Of a stretch of DNA of 64,000 nt, positions 24,895 through 32,285 are shown in pieces. Positions within the stretch are counted from its first letter, which is position 1; each line of letters begins with the position of its first letter. The notes below the pieces were generated by a model that ran no database searches, was not told the origin of the DNA, and saw only the letters and a list, made by a program, of their open reading frames with translations. The position numbers and the translations under genes are program-made. This DNA comes from Myxococcales bacterium (GTDB lineage: Bacteria; Myxococcota; Myxococcia; Myxococcales; 40CM-4-68-19): NCBI GenBank assembly GCA_038231075.1, contig JBBRMA010000015.1, forward strand, positions 35,904 to 99,903, given 5' to 3'.

Positions 24895-26226
24895 TTGACT
24901 TGTCGCTCAGGTATCCGCGACCCTCCGGCCTTGTCTTTTTCCAGCACCACTGCGACGGCCATCAGCGATAGTCGCGCGCGAACGGCCGCCTTGGTGGCTT
25001 GCCTTGTGAGCGTCGTTTTTTGCTTTGTCCAGGGGCTCGAGCGGGCTCCCGCGGCGATGGATCTCTGGACCTATTCAGTGCCGTCCCGCATCTGGCTCGC
25101 GGGGCGCAACCCCTACGATCGGGCGACGCTCAGGGCCGAGGTGCTGGGCCGCTTTGGAAGCCGTCGGCCCGATCTCTCCGACAGCGACCAGATCGCGAGC
25201 GGGCTCCTGCCGTGCGCGCTGGTCCTGCTGGTGCCGCTGGCCCTTGTCCCTGACGAGCTGGCGGCCCGGCTGATCTGGCTGGCGAGCTTTGCCAGCCTGC
25301 TCTTCGCCTGCTGGGCGATGCTGGAGCTCTGGGGTCGGAACTGGAGGGCGGAAGAAGGCCTCTGGCTGGTCGCGCTCCTCTTGCAATCGAGGCTCATCCA
25401 GTCGGTCGCCTACCGGGGCCAGCCGACGCTGATCCTCCTCGCGGCGATGCTCCTTGGCCTGCTCGCCGAGCGGCGCGGATCGAGCTGGCTCGCGGGCGCG
25501 GCGCTGGTGGTGCTGCTGGCGAAGTTCACCGTGGCCCTGCCGTTGGCGGCGTTCTGGCTTTCGCAGCGCCGCTGGGCCCCACTGCTGCGCGCAGCGGGTC
25601 TCGCCGCCGCCCTCTCTCTGCCGCCGCTGGTCACCATCGGTCCCGCCGCGTTGGTCCACGGCTGGGTCGACTCGGTCCGCACCCTCGAGTACTGGAATCG
25701 CACTTCGGGCGGCGGCTTCCACCTGACGCACTGGAGCTCGATCCTCGATCGGCTGCTGCCTGCCGGGTCGAGCTTGCTGGTGGTGGCCTCGAGCGCGCTG
25801 CTGGTGTCCGCCGTCGTCCTGCCGGGCTGGGCCTGGCGGCTCGCCCCCGAGCGTGCCTCTCCCTGGCGCTTTCTCGCCCTGACCGCGCTCGGGATGGTCG
25901 CCGTCTACCACCGCGTCTACGATGCGGTCCTGCTCTTGCCGGCCGCGGTGCTGGTCTGGGGCGAGCTTCGCGACCCCGAGCAGCGAACAGGAACCTCCTT
26001 CGTCCTGGCCGGTGCGCTCTCCGTGCTGCTCTTCGTCCTCGCGCCGCAGACCGTCGCCAAGAGCCTCTCAGAATGGCTCGAGACCCACTCTCCGGCGGGG
26101 ATGCTGGCGCCGGTGAACGCCTGGATCTGCATCGCGGTCTTCCTGCTGGCCGTGTCCCTCGAGCGGGGACACGCCGCCGCTGCACGGACGCGCGTGGTGG
26201 CGGCAGGTGCGTCGCGCCAGGGCTGA
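24895..26226 (+). CDS. polytopic membrane protein, GT-C fold / DUF2029 (GT87-like) glycosyltransferase candidate
   Basis: 443 aa with at least 9 hydrophobic helices. The first loop, 'MDLWTYSVPSRIWLAGRNPYD', resembles the D..Y......G..PY hallmark of DUF2029 enzymes. The start (TTG at 24895) is uncertain. Confidence 0.55.
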   Translation: MTCRSGIRDPPALSFSSTTATAISDSRARTAALVACLVSVVFCFVQGLERAPAAMDLWTYSVPSRIWLAGRNPYDRATLRAEVLGRFGSRRPDLSDSDQIASGLLPCALVLLVPLALVPDELAARLIWLASFASLLFACWAMLELWGRNWRAEEGLWLVALLLQSRLIQSVAYRGQPTLILLAAMLLGLLAERRGSSWLAGAALVVLLAKFTVALPLAAFWLSQRRWAPLLRAAGLAAALSLPPLVTIGPAALVHGWVDSVRTLEYWNRTSGGGFHLTHWSSILDRLLPAGSSLLVVASSALLVSAVVLPGWAWRLAPERASPWRFLALTALGMVAVYHRVYDAVLLLPAAVLVWGELRDPEQRTGTSFVLAGALSVLLFVLAPQTVAKSLSEWLETHSPAGMLAPVNAWICIAVFLLAVSLERGHAAAARTRVVAAGASRQG

Positions 26227-26228
26227 GG

Positions 26229-27419
26229 TCAGCGCACCCCGGCCAGCGATTGGTAGACGCGCTCGGCGTCGGCGGCCATCCGCGCCGGAGTGAAGCGGGC
26301 CAGGACCTCGCGCCGCCCGTGCTCACCCATGCGCGCGCGCAGGGCCGGATCGCGCAGCAAGGTGACGATGTTCGCGGCCAGCCCGTCGATGTCGCGCGGC
26401 TGGGAGAGCAGCCCGCTCTTGCCGTGCTCGACGATCTCGGGGACGCCGCCGCTCTCGAGCGCGATCACCGGGCGCTTCATCGCCATCGCCTCGACGTAGA
26501 CGAGGCCGAAGGGCTCTTCGAACGACGGCATGGTGTAGAGGTCGCACGCGGCCAGCAGGCGGGCGACGTCGGTTCGCCAGCCGGTGAAGATCACCCGATC
26601 GGTCAGGCCCAGCTGGGCCGCGAGCGCCTTCAGCTCGCTGGTGAAGTTGGGGCGATCCGGCCCGCCGGCGTCGTCGTCCTTGCCGACGATCAAGAGCCTG
26701 GTCTCGGGCAGCTGGCGATGGACGAGGTGGAGCGCGCGCAGCAGCTCTGCCTGGCCCTTCCAGTGAAAGAGCCGCGAGATGCTCACCAGCACCGGCGCGC
26801 CGGCGGGCAGGCCCAGCTCGCGGCGCAGCGGCGAGGGGTCGGTCTCCGGGTCCCAGCCGGTGGGGTCGATGGAGTTGAGCACCGCGTGGCAGCGCTCGGG
26901 GCGGTACCCGGCCTTGACCAGCGTGCCCGCCACGTACTGCGAGACGCCGACCAGCGCGTCGGCGCGGGCCAATGCCCGGCGGACGCCGCGGCTCATCCAA
27001 TCGCCGTAGCCGACGTGGACGTGGATGAGTGAGCGGGCCCCGGTGAGACGCGCCAGCAGCGAGCAGGGCACGGCATCGCGCGGGCGGTCGGTCGAGTGGA
27101 CGATCTCGATCCGGTGCTTCCTGATATAGGCGGCCAGGGCGGCCAGGCTGCCGAGGGCGGCAGGTGCAGCGAGGGCGCCCCGGATCAGCTTGCCCGCGGA
27201 GGAGAGGCCGACGAGCGAGGGGCCGAAGTTGGTCGCTCGCAGGTGCAGGTCCGGGATGGCGCGCAGCAGCTCCCAGGATGCGGTGCCGGCAGGGCTGGCG
27301 GCGTGCACCTCGACGCGGGTGCGATCCAGGCTCTTCATCAGGAGGAACTGGATGGCGGTGTCCGCGCCGGGCCGATCCACCGAATTGAGGAAGAGCACCC
27401 GCCTGCGCTCGATCGGCAT
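26229..27419 (-). CDS. GT4 (GT-B fold) glycosyltransferase
   Basis: 396 aa. The 'SFEEPFGLVYVEAMAMKRPVIALESGGVPEIV' region is an EX7E-type motif. Confidence 0.85.
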   Translation of the reverse strand: MPIERRRVLFLNSVDRPGADTAIQFLLMKSLDRTRVEVHAASPAGTASWELLRAIPDLHLRATNFGPSLVGLSSAGKLIRGALAAPAALGSLAALAAYIRKHRIEIVHSTDRPRDAVPCSLLARLTGARSLIHVHVGYGDWMSRGVRRALARADALVGVSQYVAGTLVKAGYRPERCHAVLNSIDPTGWDPETDPSPLRRELGLPAGAPVLVSISRLFHWKGQAELLRALHLVHRQLPETRLLIVGKDDDAGGPDRPNFTSELKALAAQLGLTDRVIFTGWRTDVARLLAACDLYTMPSFEEPFGLVYVEAMAMKRPVIALESGGVPEIVEHGKSGLLSQPRDIDGLAANIVTLLRDPALRARMGEHGRREVLARFTPARMAADAERVYQSLAGVR

Positions 27420-27527
27420 CGCCGCCCGTCATCGCACGAGGATTGCGGGCGAGGGAAGCCTCCCTGTCCGGCCCCTCGCCGGGCGAGTTGGAATGTTATC
27501 TTCGGGTTCTCCTGTTGAGGGGATCTT

Positions 27528-28883
27528 GTGACGGCCTGCCATTCCACTCTCGCGCTCCTGCTGGCGCTGGCCGCATGCCGGGCGACGAGCGCCACCGACC
27601 CGGACCCGGTCTTCACGCCGGCCGAGAAGGCGAGCCTGGCGACGTTGGCCCCAGCCGTGCTCCCCCCGCCCCCTGCTGATGCGACCAATCGCTACGCCGA
27701 CGACGCCTCGGCCGCCCGGCTGGGGCAGAAGCTGTTCTTCGATCGCGCCTTCTCGGGAAAGCTGCTCGAAGGGGACAACGACGGCAGCGCGAACACGCTC
27801 GGCGTCAAGGGCGAGAGCGGCAAGGTCGCCTGCGCCGGCTGCCACCTTCCTGCGTCGGGCTTCCTCGACGACCGCACGCTCGGCAAGCAGATCTCACTGG
27901 CGTCCGGCTGGGGCCTGCGCCGCACTCCTTCCCTGCTCGGTGTCGGCCATGCCCGACTGCTGATGTGGGACGGCCACAAGGACTCGCTCCAGTCCCAGAT
28001 CTTCGGACCACTAGAGTCGGCGAACGAGATGAACTCCTCGCGGCTCTACGCGGCCGAGCAGCTCGCGCAGCGACATGCCGCTGAGTACGAGGCCATCTTC
28101 GGTCTCCTTCCGCCGCTGGGCGACGCCGGCCGGTTTCCCCCGCTCGACGGCGATCACACCGGGTGCGACCGCTTGCCGACCAAGGGGCAGGCTCCGATCT
28201 GCCACGGCATGCCCGGAGACAGGGCCGAGTACGACGCCCTCGCCCCCGCCGATCAGGCTGCGGTCACGCAGGTGGTGCTCAACGCCGGCAAGGCCCTGGG
28301 CGCTTACGAGCGGCTGCTCTCGTGCGGCGCGGGCCGCTTTGATCGATGGGCCCATGGAGAGGCCACAGCGCTCACCCGTGCCGAGCAGCGTGGCGCCGCC
28401 CTCTTCGCCGGCAAGGGCAATTGCGTCGGCTGCCATGCCGGCCCGGAGCTCAGCGATCAGAAGTTCCACAACGTCGGGCTCGCCCCTGCCCTGGTCGCGG
28501 TCGTCTTCCGCGACCTCGGCGATCGCGGCGCCGGGCTCGGCTTTGCCCAGGTGCTCGCGGACCCGCTCAACGTCCGCGGCGCCTTCAGCGAGGCCGACGA
28601 TGGGCGGCTCCCGGACCCTCCGGGCGCTGCGCTCGAGGGCGCCTTCCGCACCCCGGTGCTGCGCTGCGTGTCGCGCCGGCCCTCGTTCATGCACACCGGC
28701 CAGCTGACCAGCCTCGAGGACGTGGTCGCGTTCTTCGACTCCGGCGGCCACCCGGCGGGCTATCCGGGCAAGAGCGAGCTTCTGCCACTCCAGCTCTCGG
28801 CCCTCGAGCGAGCAGACCTGGTGGCCTTTCTGCGCGCGCTCGATGGACCAGGACCCGCGGCGGCGCTCCTGAGCGGGCCTTGA
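27528..28883 (+). CDS. di-haem cytochrome c peroxidase / MauG-family lipoprotein
   Basis: 451 aa with a GTG start. Lipobox 'LALAAC'. Two CxxCH haem sites ('CAGCH', 'CVGCH') and an 'MWDGHKDSL' block, as in the CCP/MauG family. Confidence 0.85.
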   Translation: MTACHSTLALLLALAACRATSATDPDPVFTPAEKASLATLAPAVLPPPPADATNRYADDASAARLGQKLFFDRAFSGKLLEGDNDGSANTLGVKGESGKVACAGCHLPASGFLDDRTLGKQISLASGWGLRRTPSLLGVGHARLLMWDGHKDSLQSQIFGPLESANEMNSSRLYAAEQLAQRHAAEYEAIFGLLPPLGDAGRFPPLDGDHTGCDRLPTKGQAPICHGMPGDRAEYDALAPADQAAVTQVVLNAGKALGAYERLLSCGAGRFDRWAHGEATALTRAEQRGAALFAGKGNCVGCHAGPELSDQKFHNVGLAPALVAVVFRDLGDRGAGLGFAQVLADPLNVRGAFSEADDGRLPDPPGAALEGAFRTPVLRCVSRRPSFMHTGQLTSLEDVVAFFDSGGHPAGYPGKSELLPLQLSALERADLVAFLRALDGPGPAAALLSGP

Positions 28884-28907
28884 TGCGGTCCGCTCCGACG
28901 TGAAAGG

Positions 28908-29546
28908 GTGATAAGGCTCACCATGCTCCGGGTGCCCCGAAAGATGACCCAGTCCCTCCGACTCCTCCTCGCTGCCTCGCTGGCTCTCCTCTGCTCCTGC
29001 GCCAGCGTCGGCCAGTACATCTGGGTCGACGACCTCCCGCAGCAGGACACGCAGAACGCCGGCTACATCCTGGCGCCCGGCGATCTGGTCCAGGTCCGCG
29101 TCTACAACCAGGAGGGCATGTCCACGCGCGCCCGCCTGCGCAGCGACGGCAAGATCTCGCTGCCCTTCCTCAACGACGTCGAGGCGGCGGGCTACTCTCC
29201 GGTGGCGCTGGCGCAACAGCTCCAGACCAGGCTCAAGGAGTTCGTCAACCTGCCCGTGGTCACCGTCTCGCTCGAGGAGGCCAAGCCCATCTCCGTCTCC
29301 GTGCTGGGCGACGTTCCGCGGCAGGGCGTCTACCAGATCGAGAAGGAGACCAAGCTGTCGCAGGTCCTGGCGCTGGCCGGCGGGCTCACCGACTTCGCCC
29401 ACAAGGATCGGATCTTCGTGGTCCGCGAGCCGCCCCAGGTGCCGGCTCCCATCCGCATCCGCTTCAGCTACGAGCGCATCGCCCGCGCCGAGGGCCGCGC
29501 CGCCCGCTTCGCCCTCCAGAGCGGCGACGTGGTGGTGGTAGAGTAG
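28908..29546 (+). CDS. wza: short outer-membrane polysaccharide export (OPX, Wza-like) lipoprotein lacking the C-terminal OM-spanning helix
   Basis: 212 aa. Lipobox 'LLCSC'. The Poly_export block is 'YILAPGDLVQVRVYN...DGKISLPFL' and an SLBB-like block is 'VSVLGDVPRQGVY'. It ends right after the SLBB-like block. In-frame ATGs at 28923 and 28944 are alternative starts. Confidence 0.85.
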   Translation: MIRLTMLRVPRKMTQSLRLLLAASLALLCSCASVGQYIWVDDLPQQDTQNAGYILAPGDLVQVRVYNQEGMSTRARLRSDGKISLPFLNDVEAAGYSPVALAQQLQTRLKEFVNLPVVTVSLEEAKPISVSVLGDVPRQGVYQIEKETKLSQVLALAGGLTDFAHKDRIFVVREPPQVPAPIRIRFSYERIARAEGRAARFALQSGDVVVVE

Positions 29547-29552
29547 AGTAGG

Positions 29553-30785
29553 ATGGCCTTCGTGCTCGCCTTCGTCTTCGCTCCGGTGCTGGCCGCGGAG
29601 GGCATGGCCCTGGATCTGGCCGCCCGGGCCGAGGCGCGCGGATCGACTCCTGCTCCTGGAGCGGCGCCCGCCGTCAGCTCCGGCCAGTCGCAGATCGACG
29701 CCACCGCCACGCTGACGGCCGCCAGCGGCGAGCTCCAGCTGGCCGCCAGCTACCAACCGCGCCTGGTGGTGCTGGTGCCCGGGCCCAACGGCGTCGACAC
29801 CGTCGCCAACTTCCTGAGCAATGGGCGCCTGGCCGCCGACTATCACTTTTCGAGCTTGCAGACGCTGCGGCTGGAGGAGCAGGGCAGCTACGGCCGGCAG
29901 GACTTCTCGCCCCTGGTGGCGGCGCTGCAGGGCGGACCGCCGCCGGTGACACCGGTCAACCCCCGGCTGCCGATCACGCGGCTGCTGGCGATCTTCAACT
30001 CCACCACCTCGGCGACCTACCAACAGAAGCTCTCGCCGACGACCGAGGCCGGCAGCCACCTCGGCTTCCAGATCGGCGGCGGCGCGGATGACCTGGCGCG
30101 CAGGTACCTGCCCATCGGCAAGACCGTGCAGGGCGACGCAAGGCTTGGCTGGAAGGCCGACAGGCACGATGACCTGTCGGTCACCGTCGCCGCTTCTGAC
30201 GCGGTCTTCGGCAACGTCATCAACGCCGACGGGTCCAGCTCCGCCGCCGGAAGCAACTCGCAGCTGTTCACCGGCGCGCTCGGCTGGAAGAGGGCGCTCG
30301 GCCGCGAGACGACGATGAGCCTGAGCGCGGGCGGCGGGGCCTCGCGCACCGTGGGTCCGAGCGGCGGCAGATCCTGGCAGAGCTCGCTCTTGTCGTCGGC
30401 CGCGCTCAGCACGGCACTCAATGTCGCCGATCAGCGGCTCGGCGCCGGCCTGGGAGCGTCGGTGAGCTCGGTCGTCGATCCGCTGGGCAACGGCGTCTAC
30501 GAGCTGGCCGAAGGTCACCTCACGCTCGGGTATGAGCCGACCCGAAGCCTGCGCGCCGCGCTCAACTTCAGCACCGCGCGGTCGCTCGGCGGCGGTGCGC
30601 TCGGGGGGCAACAGGTCTCGGTCCTCGACGCATCGATCGGCTACGCCGCCGCCGCGAACGTCAGCTTGACCGGCGGCGTGCGCGGCGCTCTGCAGACCGC
30701 CAGCAGCGCCACGCAGACCCCCGGCGGCACCCAGTTCGCCGCCTACTTCGCTGTCTCGGTGACCGGGAAAGGAAGATTGCCATGA
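29553..30785 (+). CDS. predicted integral outer-membrane beta-barrel partner of the short OPX (Wzp-like)
   Basis: 410 aa with a short signal peptide. It is rich in Gly/Ser/Thr/Ala with alternating-polarity strands ('LSVTVAASDAVFG', 'LFTGALGWKRAL', 'HLTLGYEP', 'AALNFSTAR'). There is an aromatic strand near the C-terminus ('QFAAYFAVSVTG'). It sits 6 nt after wza and overlaps the PCP start. Confidence 0.6.
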   Translation: MAFVLAFVFAPVLAAEGMALDLAARAEARGSTPAPGAAPAVSSGQSQIDATATLTAASGELQLAASYQPRLVVLVPGPNGVDTVANFLSNGRLAADYHFSSLQTLRLEEQGSYGRQDFSPLVAALQGGPPPVTPVNPRLPITRLLAIFNSTTSATYQQKLSPTTEAGSHLGFQIGGGADDLARRYLPIGKTVQGDARLGWKADRHDDLSVTVAASDAVFGNVINADGSSSAAGSNSQLFTGALGWKRALGRETTMSLSAGGGASRTVGPSGGRSWQSSLLSSAALSTALNVADQRLGAGLGASVSSVVDPLGNGVYELAEGHLTLGYEPTRSLRAALNFSTARSLGGGALGGQQVSVLDASIGYAAAANVSLTGGVRGALQTASSATQTPGGTQFAAYFAVSVTGKGRLP

Positions 30786-32269
30786 CCGCTTCCCGGCCTC
30801 CCGCGCGGCCCGTCGAAGAGGAGAGCGCCGACCTCTTCGACTACGGCCTGATCAAGGACTACATCGGCTTCGTCATCGGCGCCGTGCGGCGGCGCAAGCT
30901 GCTCGCGCTCGGCGTCTTCTTCTCTGTCGTCGCCCTGACCTGGATCGCCCTCAAGGTGCTGCCGCGCACCTATCACTGCGAGACCAAGCTGCTGGCGCAG
31001 CGCAACCAGATCATCGCCTCGCTCGGCAACCCGGGCCGGAACATGCCGTGGGATTCGGACATGCCGCTGCGCGCGGCGACCGAGACGGTGCTGCGGCACG
31101 ACAACCTCGTCTCCATCATCAAGCAGACAGACGCGGTCAAGCGCTGGCCGCAGACGCGCGCGCCCATCCTCCGCCTCAAGGACGCCATCTCCGCCCTGCT
31201 GCGCCGCGGGCCGGAGTCGCCGGAGGACATGCAGGGCGCGCTTGTCGGACTCTTGCAGACGCGGCTCTCGGTCCAGACCGGCGAGGGCACCGTGCTCATC
31301 GCCGTCGACTGGCCCGACGCCGACATGTCGCTGCGCCTGATCGAGGCGGCACAGCAGAACTTCCTCGAGGCGCGGCACGTCTCGGAGATCTCGACCATCA
31401 CCGAGGCCATCTCCATCCTCGAGGGTCACGCCGTCCGGGTGCGCGAGCAGGTCGACGCCTCGGTCGACAAGATCAATGCCTTGCGCCAGACCGCAGCCAA
31501 GGCGAATCCGAAGAAAGGGGCGCGTCCCCGGCCGATGGCGCCGCGAGCGTTGGCCGCGCCCAAGGGCGACACCCCGCAGAGCCAGGAGCTGACCCAGCTC
31601 CAGGTCATGCTCGAGGGCAAGCGCCGGATGATGAAGGACCTGGAGGAGTATCACCAGCGGCGGCTGGCCGATCTCAAGGCGCGCCTCACCGAGCAGCGGG
31701 CCACCTACTCGGACGCGCATCCGGCGGTGGTCGAGATCCAGCTCAACATCGAGGCGCTCGAGCGGCAGGAGCCCTCGCAGCTGGCCGCGCTGCGCCAGGA
31801 CGAGCGCGACATCGAAGAGCAGCTGGAGCGCCGGGGCGTCGTCGCGAAGAAGGTCGCCGGTGCGGCGCAGCGGCCCGAGCTGGGACCGCTGCCGCTCGAG
31901 ATCTCCCAAGTGGAGCGCGAGGCCCGCGACAGCGACGCCCCGATCGTCGAGCGCGCACGCGGCGAGCTGACCTTCAGCATGAACAAGTTCGCGAACCTCC
32001 TCGACCGCATCGACTCCGCGCGCATGGAGCTCGACACCTCCCGCGCCGCCTTCAAGTATCGGTACAGCGTCATCGCGCCGGCGGAGCGCCCGGACAGCCC
32101 GACCAAGCCCAAGGCCGGCCAGACGATGATCGCCGGCCTGGTGGCGGCGTTCTTCCTCGCCGTGTTTGCGTCCACGGCGGCGGATCTCCGTGCCGGCCGC
32201 ATCGTCGAGAGCTGGCAGATCGAGCGGCAGCTGGGGCTCGAGGTGCTGGCCGACATGAGGACGCCGTGA
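30782..32269 (+). CDS. polysaccharide co-polymerase (PCP, Wzc/GumC-like) without tyrosine-kinase domain
   Basis: 495 aa. One TM near the N-terminus ('LLALGVFFSVVALTWIAL') and one near the C-terminus ('MIAGLVAAFFLAVFAS'). A long charged coiled-coil periplasmic region lies between them. No Walker A or Tyr-rich tail. ATGA overlap with the upstream gene. Confidence 0.8.
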   Translation: MTASRPPARPVEEESADLFDYGLIKDYIGFVIGAVRRRKLLALGVFFSVVALTWIALKVLPRTYHCETKLLAQRNQIIASLGNPGRNMPWDSDMPLRAATETVLRHDNLVSIIKQTDAVKRWPQTRAPILRLKDAISALLRRGPESPEDMQGALVGLLQTRLSVQTGEGTVLIAVDWPDADMSLRLIEAAQQNFLEARHVSEISTITEAISILEGHAVRVREQVDASVDKINALRQTAAKANPKKGARPRPMAPRALAAPKGDTPQSQELTQLQVMLEGKRRMMKDLEEYHQRRLADLKARLTEQRATYSDAHPAVVEIQLNIEALERQEPSQLAALRQDERDIEEQLERRGVVAKKVAGAAQRPELGPLPLEISQVEREARDSDAPIVERARGELTFSMNKFANLLDRIDSARMELDTSRAAFKYRYSVIAPAERPDSPTKPKAGQTMIAGLVAAFFLAVFASTAADLRAGRIVESWQIERQLGLEVLADMRTP

Positions 32270-32285
32270 GCCCTCTGCCGCTCGA

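Noticed and set aside
28011-30611. 866-aa minus-strand ORF antisense to the peroxidase, wza and beta-barrel genes
   Set aside because: There are no motifs and the composition is Arg/Gly/Ala-rich. The plus-strand genes have haem-binding, Poly_export and lipobox signatures.
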